Virus record (IMG/VR): IMGVR_UViG_3300049856_000265
Span: 1 to 64,000 of that record
DNA length: 64,000 bases
Strand: one strand, 5' to 3'
Source: a virus
Shown here: in pieces, positions 1 through 7,600 of the stretch
Numbering within the stretch: position 1 is the first letter of the stretch
How the letters are laid out: the number at the start of each line of letters is the position of its first letter
Translations under genes and position numbers: made by a program
The notes under the pieces: model-generated
Told to the model about the DNA's origin: nothing
The model's input: the letters and a program-made list of their open reading frames with translations, nothing else
Database searches by the model: none

Positions 1-2
1 CT

Positions 3-686
3 TGTCCCTCTCTTCCTTATCAAGTTACAGTAGTTCCTAATACTACTTATACTATAACTATAGGTGCAGGCGGAGCTGGCGGTGCCGGAGGTGCGGGTGC
101 TACAGCAGCTTCAGGTGGTGCAACGGGCGTAGCTGGAACAGCTGGTGCAGTTGGAGCTGCATCAACATTTGGATCTTTAATATCATTTCAGCCAGGTTCT
201 GGTGGAGCAGCTGGTACAGCTGGCGGCTTAGCCACAACAGGTCAAGGCGCAACTAATGGCTATGGCGTATTTGGAATGAATGTGGTTAGAGCTTCAGTAG
301 ACGGTGATGGCGGTTCTGCTAATGCCGTTGGCAAAGCTGGTGGAGTAGTAGTTGGTGCAATGTCTCCATTCTTTAGTAGCGGATCTGCCGGTACTGGTGG
401 TGCAGCTGGCGGTACTGGTGGCGGCGGTGGTGGTGGTGGCAGTGATCCTCCTCCTGCAGCAGATGCAACAGGACCAAATGGTGGTAATGGCGGTAACGGA
501 GGAGCTACAGGTACCGTAGGTGGTGCTGCAGCAACTGCACCTACAGCTATTTCAGGATCTGGAGGTTCAGGCGGAGGCGGTGGCGGTGGCGGCGGTCTTT
601 TAGCTGCATTAGGAACTGCAGGTGGTGCAGGAGCTGCTGGTGCCGCAGGTTCAAATGGTCAAATTATAGTTGAATGGGTTGAGTAA
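3..686 (+). CDS. Glycine-rich tail-fibre-associated protein (5'-truncated by window edge)
   Basis: The frame of ORF 276..686 is open back to position 3 (…QVTVVPNTTYTITIGAGG…). It is paralogous to 690..1556 (shared VVPNTxYTITIGA and C-terminal GQI[IV]V[EQ]WVE). Confidence 0.75.
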   Translation, partial: CPSLPYQVTVVPNTTYTITIGAGGAGGAGGAGATAASGGATGVAGTAGAVGAASTFGSLISFQPGSGGAAGTAGGLATTGQGATNGYGVFGMNVVRASVDGDGGSANAVGKAGGVVVGAMSPFFSSGSAGTGGAAGGTGGGGGGGGSDPPPAADATGPNGGNGGNGGATGTVGGAAATAPTAISGSGGSGGGGGGGGGLLAALGTAGGAGAAGAAGSNGQIIVEWVE

Positions 687-689
687 GCA

Positions 690-1556
690 ATGGCTAAATT
701 AGTTAAAGCTACATTTACTTCTTCTGGATCATGGGTAGCGCCTGCGGGCGTTACTGAAGTAATTGTTTATGGCCGAGGAGGCACGGGCGGTGGCGGTGGC
801 GGCGGAGGTGGCGGTGGCGGAAGTACTACAGCTGGAGCCGGTGGAGGAGCTGCTGGAGGATCTGGTGGTACTGCACCTTCTTTAGAATACTTTGCAACCG
901 TAGTTCCGAATACTTCCTATACTATTACAATTGGAGCTGCAGGTACCGCAGGTTCAGGTGGAGCGGGTGCTACGGCAGCAGCCGGTGGAGCTGGTGGAGT
1001 TAATGGAACAGCTGGAACTAATGGTGGAGACTCTTCTTTTGGATCTCTTATTGTATTTAAAGGAACTACGGCTGGAGCTTTAGGTCCTAGAGGAACCTTA
1101 TCAGGTGGCGGTTTAGCTGCTAGTCAAGGTGTTGGAGTTTTTGGAACTAATGGTGGAATGTCTGGAGCTGGTGGAGATGCTAATGTCGCTGGAGGAAAAG
1201 GAACTAGTGGGCCTACCTATGTAGGAGCAGCTTCGCCTTTCTTTACCGAAGCTGGTGCAGGCGGTGGTGGTACAGCTGGCGGAGCAGGTGGCGGCGGCGG
1301 TGGCGGCGGCTCTTGTCCAGGTGGAGCAGGAGATGCGGCCTCAAATGCTGGAGTAAATGGTGGTAATGGGGGAGCTTCAGGAGCTGCAGGTTCTGCTGGG
1401 ACAGCTGCTACAGCCTCTACAGCGGGCTCAGGTGGCATTGGCGGCGGTGGTGGTGGCGGAGGCGGTACTTTAGCCGTTACAGGTAGTGCAGGTGGAGCAG
1501 GCGGCAATGGTAGTGCAGGAAGCGCAGGCCAGATAGTCGTGCAGTGGGTCGAATAA
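690..1556 (+). CDS. Glycine-rich domain virion protein
   Basis: N-terminal TFTSSGSWVAPAGVTEVIVYGRGG is typical of phage Gly-rich fibre modules; poly-Gly tracts follow. Confidence 0.75.
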   Translation: MAKLVKATFTSSGSWVAPAGVTEVIVYGRGGTGGGGGGGGGGGGSTTAGAGGGAAGGSGGTAPSLEYFATVVPNTSYTITIGAAGTAGSGGAGATAAAGGAGGVNGTAGTNGGDSSFGSLIVFKGTTAGALGPRGTLSGGGLAASQGVGVFGTNGGMSGAGGDANVAGGKGTSGPTYVGAASPFFTEAGAGGGGTAGGAGGGGGGGGSCPGGAGDAASNAGVNGGNGGASGAAGSAGTAATASTAGSGGIGGGGGGGGGTLAVTGSAGGAGGNGSAGSAGQIVVQWVE

Positions 1557-1557
1557 A

Positions 1558-2040
1558 ATGGAAAAGTATTTCGCACTAATTAAAAAGCACATGGTGGAGA
1601 GTATTATTGTAGCAAATGACGCTTTTGCTAAAGAGCTATTATCCAAATATGATTATGTAGTTGATGTAACTAAACAACGTCCAACAGTAGGTGATAGCTA
1701 TTATCCAGAGACTGACAGTTTTATTTCCAATACTACAGATTTTCATCATATTCCAGTAGATCTAGAAGCCGAGCATCTTCAAAAGGGCACTGAGGACTCC
1801 TTTGAACCTTTTAAACTATCTAAATATTCCGTAAGTTATGAAAATGGCGTAGTAACCATTGGATGTAAACAGTACTCTGCTCCAGGATTACTTGATTCTT
1901 TACATAAAGTTTTAATAGAAGACCATTCAACTGTAGCCTATTTCAATACAATGGGACCTAATCCAGGTCATGGTAAATTTGATATAACTTGGGAAGATGC
2001 TCAAGCTTTGTATGATGCTTTAATAAAGGTGAAATTCTAA
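1558..2040 (+). CDS. Hypothetical protein, possible tail-fibre assembly chaperone
   Basis: Abuts the Gly-rich gene; the N-terminal FALIK…VESIIVA and P.VGDSY pattern is typical of genes following Gly-rich fibres. Confidence 0.45.
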   Translation: MEKYFALIKKHMVESIIVANDAFAKELLSKYDYVVDVTKQRPTVGDSYYPETDSFISNTTDFHHIPVDLEAEHLQKGTEDSFEPFKLSKYSVSYENGVVTIGCKQYSAPGLLDSLHKVLIEDHSTVAYFNTMGPNPGHGKFDITWEDAQALYDALIKVKF

Positions 2041-2267
2041 TGATTTTTGCTCAAATAAAAGATGATAAGATAGTTAATACAATTACTATTGACTCTGTAA
2101 ACATTTTACCATTATTTCTTAATGATCCTATTACTAACGAACCTTTTGATTTTGTTTTACAAATAGACTTTGTTTATCCTCAACCGGGAATAGGTTGGAC
2201 GTTTGATAGAATTAGATTTATACCACCTGAAGTTGTAGAAGTAGTTGAGGAACCCGAAGATGTCTGA
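2040..2267 (+). CDS. Small hypothetical protein, possible fibre chaperone
   Basis: FAQIKDDKIVNTI…PGIGWTFD…FIPP pattern; TAATG overlap with the previous gene. Confidence 0.5.
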   Translation: MIFAQIKDDKIVNTITIDSVNILPLFLNDPITNEPFDFVLQIDFVYPQPGIGWTFDRIRFIPPEVVEVVEEPEDV

Positions 2268-2571
2268 TATCCCAGCAGCCTACATAGCATATGGTGCAGC
2301 TAAAGTTGAAAATGCAAAAATAGGTTTTAATAAACTTATAGCTGAGTTTGCAGGAGAAAATGTAGTCAGACAGATTACAGCTGCTGGCAAAACTGAATTA
2401 ATAGGAACTGCCGTAAAAGACGTATTATTCTGGGGAACTTCTGGATCTCTTTGGGAAGCTTATAAAGCAGTTGAGCATATAAAAATCACTCCAGAAATGG
2501 CACCTTTCTTGACCGAAGAAAAGAAGCAATTGTTTAAAAATAAACTAATAGAAATACTATCAAGCCTATGA
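2260..2571 (+). CDS. Hypothetical protein
   Basis: ATG at 2260 preferred over the TTG start; overlapping operon spacing. Confidence 0.6.
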   Translation: MSDIPAAYIAYGAAKVENAKIGFNKLIAEFAGENVVRQITAAGKTELIGTAVKDVLFWGTSGSLWEAYKAVEHIKITPEMAPFLTEEKKQLFKNKLIEILSSL

Positions 2572-3071
2572 CTCAGCTTATTATTGGATTCTCTAAACCT
2601 AAATCAAAATGGGCATTCGGCGCTAAATCTATTATGTGGTTTGAGGGAACTCCGTATTCCCATGTGTACTTAAAATGGCATTCAACTAAGTATGATCGTG
2701 ATCTTTTCTATGAAGCTAAAGGCAATGGCGTTAATTTTACTTCACCTATACATTTTAAAGAAGCCGTCCAAATAGTAGAAGAGTATAGTTTAGAAATTAG
2801 CGATGAAGCTAACATAAAAGTAATGCAATATGCTATTGATAATGCTCGTGCTAAATATGGTTATTGGCAACTTTTAGGTATAGTATTAGTAAAAGTAGGT
2901 AGAAAGCTTGGGCTTACCTTTAAGAATCCTTTAACTTCTGGAACTATATGTTCTGAACTTGCTGGAATTATCTTAGAGCATTGTCTAGACCTCGAAGTTC
3001 CCGATGATCTTGAAATGGCCGGACCTAAAGATATCAATGACTTTATCAAAACAGTAGGTACTAAACTCTAA
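2568..3071 (+). CDS. Permuted papain-like (NlpC/P60, YiiX/YebB-type) amidase
   Basis: His motif YSHV precedes Cys motif ICSEL, the permuted order. Confidence 0.7.
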   Translation: MTQLIIGFSKPKSKWAFGAKSIMWFEGTPYSHVYLKWHSTKYDRDLFYEAKGNGVNFTSPIHFKEAVQIVEEYSLEISDEANIKVMQYAIDNARAKYGYWQLLGIVLVKVGRKLGLTFKNPLTSGTICSELAGIILEHCLDLEVPDDLEMAGPKDINDFIKTVGTKL

Positions 3072-3080
3072 ACAAATATA
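3071..3080 (+). promoter_or_regulatory. Putative late promoter motif AACAAATATA
   Basis: Intergenic, upstream of the scaffold gene; the motif recurs before many + strand genes. Confidence 0.65.
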
Positions 3081-3153
3081 GGTATATAAGTCTATCTCAA
3101 TTATGAGACGACAAACTTAACTCTACTAAAGCGAGTTACAGGAGATACCTAAC

Positions 3154-4131
3154 ATGTCTGAAGCCCAAGCCCCAGCTGCGCCTGCAGCCCCTATTGCCGA
3201 AGGATCGGCACCCCAAACAGAAGAAATCGTAGATGATGGAGCAGACCTTCAAGAAGAAGGCAGTGCCCAAGCCGCAGCTCCAGCAGCTGAAGGCAAAGCT
3301 CCAGCTAAAGCCGTAGCTAAAGCTGCCGATAAAATGGACGCTGAAAAAGTACCAGGTACTAAAATGTACAAACTGGTAGTTGACGGTGAAGAAGAAGAAG
3401 TAACGGAAGCTCAACTAGTTACTATGGCCCAAAAAGCCAAAGGCGCGGATAAGAAGTTTTCAGAAAGCGCACAAATCCGAAAAGAAGCAGCACAACTAGT
3501 TAAGATGCTAAAAGATGATCCAGAAGCTATCTTGGCTGATCCAGCTATCCTAGGTAGTCATGAAAAGGTCTTAGAACTTGCTCAAAAGATCCTAGCTCGT
3601 AAGATTGAAGATGAGCAAAAGAGCCCAGAAGTTCTTAGAGCTGAAAAGGCTGAAAAAGAACTAGAGCAGTATCGTAAAGAGAAGAAAGATGAAGAAGATG
3701 CTCGTCAGGCTTCCGAATACGAAAAGATGGTAAAAGAACAAGAAGTTCAAATGGAAGAGCAGATTACGGAAGCTATTGGAGCTTCAGGTCTTCCTAAATC
3801 ACCTCATATCCTTAAGCGTTTGACGGATGTTCTTATCAGTGCTCATGAAGGTAAGCGTGAAATTACACCTAAACAAGCTATGAATATTGTTAAGCGTGAA
3901 TGGGAAAAGGAGCTTAAACAGCACTTTGACCTTTCGGCTGATGATGTTTTGGAACAGTTGCTTGGAGATGATAACATTAAGCGTCTAAGAAAGCGCCAAC
4001 TAGCTAAAGTTAAAGCACAACAAGTCAGTCCTCCAGCGGCTATGCAAGCTCAAAGAACGCCTGCTACAGCCCCTAAAACTGAAGATAAGCCTAAGAAAGA
4101 GTCAATTAGGGATTGGCTTCGCGGTAAGTAA
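3154..4131 (+). CDS. Capsid scaffolding protein
   Basis: Acidic Ala/Pro-rich N-terminus, YKLVVDGEEEEVT motif, coiled coil; directly upstream of the capsid gene; AGGAG RBS. Confidence 0.75.
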   Translation: MSEAQAPAAPAAPIAEGSAPQTEEIVDDGADLQEEGSAQAAAPAAEGKAPAKAVAKAADKMDAEKVPGTKMYKLVVDGEEEEVTEAQLVTMAQKAKGADKKFSESAQIRKEAAQLVKMLKDDPEAILADPAILGSHEKVLELAQKILARKIEDEQKSPEVLRAEKAEKELEQYRKEKKDEEDARQASEYEKMVKEQEVQMEEQITEAIGASGLPKSPHILKRLTDVLISAHEGKREITPKQAMNIVKREWEKELKQHFDLSADDVLEQLLGDDNIKRLRKRQLAKVKAQQVSPPAAMQAQRTPATAPKTEDKPKKESIRDWLRGK

Positions 4132-4136
4132 CAAAT
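4130..4136 (+). promoter_or_regulatory. Putative late promoter motif AACAAAT
   Basis: Overlaps the scaffold stop codon, upstream of the capsid leader. Confidence 0.5.
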
Positions 4137-4151
4137 CATTAATAAGGTATA

Positions 4152-4268
4152 GAGTTTGAGACTTTAGGGTCTTAGGCTCGTTACACTTAAGCGGCTCTGG
4201 ATACGAAAGCTCCAGATACTTAATAAGATGTACGGGACTTGTCCAACTCGGACTAATACCAGAGTAAC
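4152..4268 (+). ncRNA. Structured 5' leader of major capsid mRNA
   Basis: 12-bp hairpin 4152-4179; multibranch domain closed by GTTAC(4180)/GTAAC(4264) containing TCTGGA/TCCAGA and GTCC/GGAC stems. Confidence 0.5.
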
Positions 4269-4308
4269 ATAACATTAAGTAATTAATAAAAGGAAAATAT
4301 AAAATAAT

Positions 4309-5553
4309 ATGGCAATTGTTTCACCTATTCAAAATACAGTAGCAACCCTCAACGGGTTGTTCAAAGAAAAATATGCAGATAAGGTCATGAACCTTATCCC
4401 CGATAACGTCTGTGTTCTTAACATGGTCGATTTCGTTGGTCAAGATAAAGTCACAGGCAACCTGTTCCACCAACCCGTGGTTCTTGGTTCTGAGCACGGC
4501 ATGACCTACGGCGGTTCTGATGGTACAGCTTTCACGCTGAATGATGCTATCGCTGGTCAAGTCAAAGATGCTACCGTTCAAGGATATGAATTCTTGCTCC
4601 GTACTCAAATCAGTTATGCTGCGGCTTCGCGTTCTGCGTCAAGCTCGGCTGCTTTTGAGCGCGGCACTAAACTTATCGTTGCAAATATGATTCGTTCATT
4701 TGCAAAACGTCTTGAAGCTTGCTTGCTTTACGGTCAAAAAGAACTTGCTAAAGCAAATGGCGCTATGGTCTCGACCGCATTGACCATTGCTAAAGCTGAT
4801 TGGGCTCCTGGTATCTGGGTCGGCGCTGAAAAGGGTATCGTTGATATCTATGACTCGACTCTTGCTACTCTCCGTGGAACGGCTCAGATCACTGGTGTCA
4901 ATTTGGAAACTCGCGTCTTGACGCTTGATTCTAACATTGCTACTGTTGTTGCTGGCGACCGTATCTTCTGGAAGGGCGCTAAAGGTAATGAGTTCAAAGG
5001 TCTGCACTCGATCATGACGGAAACTTCGTCTTTGTTCGGAATCAGCCCCACGGCTTACAGCCTCTTTAAATCGGTTGAGTATGATGCCGGTGCTGCACAA
5101 CTTTCCTTCTCCAAAATCCAATCGGCTATCGCTCGCGGTGTCGAAAAAGGTCTTGATGAAGACGTTGTTTGCTTGGTTAATCCTCGCACTTGGGCTAAAC
5201 TGTTGACCGATCAAGCCGCTCTCCGTATGTATGATTCGTCGTACAGCACGAGCAAAGCTGAAAATGGTTCGCAATCGATCAAATTCTACGCTCAAAATGG
5301 CGTGGTTGAGATCCGTCCTTGCACATACATGAAAGAATCGCTTGCTATGATCGTTCCGCCTAAGGAATTGATGCGCGTCGGCTCGACCGATGTGACCTTC
5401 AATCTCCCTGGTCGTGAAGGTGGTCAAGAGAACTTCTTCCTCGAGTTGCAAAGTGCCTCAGGATATGAACTTCGTGCCTATTCTGATCAAGCCCTCTTTT
5501 GCCCTGCCCCCGCTAAACTCATAATTATCTATAACGTGGATAATGATGCTTAG
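4309..5553 (+). CDS. Major capsid protein
   Basis: 414 aa after the scaffold gene; LNGLFKEKY N-terminus; codon usage suggests high expression; strong terminator downstream. Confidence 0.8.
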   Translation: MAIVSPIQNTVATLNGLFKEKYADKVMNLIPDNVCVLNMVDFVGQDKVTGNLFHQPVVLGSEHGMTYGGSDGTAFTLNDAIAGQVKDATVQGYEFLLRTQISYAAASRSASSSAAFERGTKLIVANMIRSFAKRLEACLLYGQKELAKANGAMVSTALTIAKADWAPGIWVGAEKGIVDIYDSTLATLRGTAQITGVNLETRVLTLDSNIATVVAGDRIFWKGAKGNEFKGLHSIMTETSSLFGISPTAYSLFKSVEYDAGAAQLSFSKIQSAIARGVEKGLDEDVVCLVNPRTWAKLLTDQAALRMYDSSYSTSKAENGSQSIKFYAQNGVVEIRPCTYMKESLAMIVPPKELMRVGSTDVTFNLPGREGGQENFFLELQSASGYELRAYSDQALFCPAPAKLIIIYNVDNDA

Positions 5554-5586
5554 TAGCTGATTTTACTAAGTAATTAGTAGAAATCC

Positions 5587-5627
5587 AACCCTCGTTACCT
5601 TAAGTGGTAGCGGGGGTTTTTCTTTTT
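5587..5627 (+). terminator. Rho-independent terminator
   Basis: AACCCTCGTTACC-TTAAGT-GGTAGCGGGGGTT followed by a T-tract. Confidence 0.85.
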
Positions 5628-5725
5628 AATGTGTTCCTTTTTTGGATAGACTTTTAATTGAGTGCTCCGCGCATTTTATTATCATACTTGCGTAATTCTA
5701 AAAAGAAAGTTAAATAAAAATCACT

Positions 5726-5766
5726 AACAAATAAAGGTAGACAATGAAGCCTTAAAATGTTAGGAT
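5726..5766 (+). promoter_or_regulatory. Tandem AACAAAT motif (5726) and sigma70-like promoter TAGACA-17-TAGGAT
   Basis: -35 at 5738-5743, TGn-extended -10 at 5761-5766; ATG 6 nt later. Confidence 0.55.
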
Positions 5767-5772
5767 TAGAGT

Positions 5773-6492
5773 ATGAAGTACGCAACTTGTCATCCCGATA
5801 AACCCCATCATGCTAATGGTCTTTGCAAAAGCTGCCGACAAAAAGAAAGGCGAGCGACTCCTGAAGGCAAAGCTCAAATGGCTAAATTCAATAATAAGCC
5901 AGAACGAAAAGCTTACATGGCAGATTATGTCCAAACGGAAGTTGGTAGAAATTCTCATAATAAAGCAAGCCTTAAATATAATAAATCGGAACACGGTAAG
6001 CCTATAGCCAAAGCGGCAAGTGCTCGTTACAGAAAATCTGAAAAAGGGTTAGCATGGCAAGCTAATTATCAACAAACTGAAGAATTTAAAGCTAAATCTA
6101 GAGAAAATAGTAGCAATTTTGCTAAATCGGAATCTGGCAAAGCTTACATTAAACGATATCATAATGAACAATATGCAACTAACCCCCAGTTTAAACTAAC
6201 AGTTACCTTAAGAAATCGACTTAGAGCGGCTATTAGAGGTAACTTTAAATCAGGTTCAGCTGTAGCTGACCTAGGCTGTACTATCGAATTCCTTAAACAA
6301 TACTTAGAATCTCTATTCCAGCCTGGCATGACTTGGGAAAACTATACGATAGATGGTTGGCACATCGATCATATTAGGCCTTTGATTTCTTTCGACCTTA
6401 CTAATCGTGAAGAACTACTTAAAGCTTGTCATTATACTAATTTACAGCCTTTATGGGCGGCTGATAATTTAGCTAAATCTGATAAAGTCTAA
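5773..6492 (+). CDS. HNH homing endonuclease
   Basis: GMTWENY…WHIDHIRP…CHYTNLQPLWAADNLAK. Confidence 0.85.
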   Translation: MKYATCHPDKPHHANGLCKSCRQKERRATPEGKAQMAKFNNKPERKAYMADYVQTEVGRNSHNKASLKYNKSEHGKPIAKAASARYRKSEKGLAWQANYQQTEEFKAKSRENSSNFAKSESGKAYIKRYHNEQYATNPQFKLTVTLRNRLRAAIRGNFKSGSAVADLGCTIEFLKQYLESLFQPGMTWENYTIDGWHIDHIRPLISFDLTNREELLKACHYTNLQPLWAADNLAKSDKV

Positions 6493-6505
6493 GTTACTCT
6501 ATTCG

Positions 6506-6515
6506 AACAAATATA
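6506..6515 (+). promoter_or_regulatory. Putative late promoter motif AACAAATATA
   Basis: Intergenic; the motif starts 13 nt before the endolysin ATG. Confidence 0.6.
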
Positions 6516-6518
6516 AGC

Positions 6519-7049
6519 ATGTGGAAATGGCTAATAGATTTGCTCTTTAAACGCGCTACAAGCCCCACCATTGAACAAACGGAGAAGCTCATGTCAGATA
6601 GTACTCGCCACATTAATCAAGCAGGCCTAGACCTTATAAAGTCGTCAGAAGGTCTTAGACTTGAAGCCTACCCAGATCCAGGAACAGGGGCGTCCCCAAT
6701 TACGATAGGCTATGGGACAACAGGTCCCGACATTAAGCTAGGGATGACTATATCTAAAGAACAAGCTGAAGAGTTCCTTAAACGTGATTGCGAGAAGTTT
6801 GAAAAACAAGTAAGTGAAATGGTGACAGTACCCATTAGTGATAATGCTTTTGCAGCCTTGGTATGTTTTACATATAATGTAGGCGCGGGTAGTCTTAAAT
6901 CCTCAACGCTACTTAAACTACTGAATTCAGGAGCGCATCCAGAAGAAGTCGGCTCGCAATTTTTACGTTGGAATAAAGCTAATGGCAAAACTCTACCTGG
7001 ATTAACTATCCGTAGACAAGCAGAAAAAGATCTATTCCTCACTCCCTAA
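6519..7049 (+). CDS. Endolysin, GH24 lysozyme
   Basis: GLDLIKSSEGLRLEAYPD…TIGYG, ALVCFTYNVG, RWNKA…GLTIRRQAE; alternative start 6591 has a GGAG RBS. Confidence 0.92.
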   Translation: MWKWLIDLLFKRATSPTIEQTEKLMSDSTRHINQAGLDLIKSSEGLRLEAYPDPGTGASPITIGYGTTGPDIKLGMTISKEQAEEFLKRDCEKFEKQVSEMVTVPISDNAFAALVCFTYNVGAGSLKSSTLLKLLNSGAHPEEVGSQFLRWNKANGKTLPGLTIRRQAEKDLFLTP

Positions 7050-7055
7050 GACGTG

Positions 7056-7065
7056 AACAAATATA
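7056..7065 (+). promoter_or_regulatory. Putative late promoter motif AACAAATATA
   Basis: Intergenic, before the tail gene block. Confidence 0.65.
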
Positions 7066-7099
7066 GGATAGTAAGTACTTAGTCTGAAGGAGCTTCAAT

Positions 7100-7576
7100 T
7101 TGTCTATCAATCTAGTTGTCGGTGGCGTAACCTATGCGTACCCCGAAACGAACTCAGAATTATGGGGCAATTCGGCAACTGACTGGGCTCAGGCCGTAAC
7201 TCAACAACTTCAACAAGTTTCAGTAGTTGGCGACATCGGTCCTACTACATTAGTTACCGTAGTTAATAACCAAGCAACGCCTGCAAATGTCACTAATCTT
7301 CTTATGAATCCTGCTTTAATTCGAGCAGGTTTTGCTGAATATTACGTAGTTCGTACTACTGCTGGAACTGAAATCTCGGAAGCTGGAATGCTTTACTTAC
7401 TTTATAACGATCTAGCTGCTACTTGGAGTATTGCAAATGTTGGAAATGCTGTCGGCAGTACCGGAGTTACTTTTTCAGTAAATAGTCTGGGTCAAGTTCA
7501 ATATACTTCAACTAATATTCCGCTACAAACAAGTGGCAAACTTAAGTATCGTCTTAGAATCTTACAAAAAACATAA
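7100..7576 (+). CDS. Virion structural protein
   Basis: AGGAG RBS with TTG start; shares a domain (NNQA…ANVT…GQVQYTSTN) with the C-terminus of 11772..13394. Confidence 0.6.
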   Translation: MSINLVVGGVTYAYPETNSELWGNSATDWAQAVTQQLQQVSVVGDIGPTTLVTVVNNQATPANVTNLLMNPALIRAGFAEYYVVRTTAGTEISEAGMLYLLYNDLAATWSIANVGNAVGSTGVTFSVNSLGQVQYTSTNIPLQTSGKLKYRLRILQKT

Positions 7577-7600
7577 CTGGAAAAATGAAGGTTAAATATA

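Noticed and set aside
1217-1576. Pro-rich minus-strand ORF
   Set aside because: It is the antisense shadow of poly-Gly codons.
4696-5451. 251-aa antisense ORF in the capsid gene
   Set aside because: It is a shadow of biased codon usage in a highly expressed gene; other antisense ORFs in the track were dropped for the same reason.
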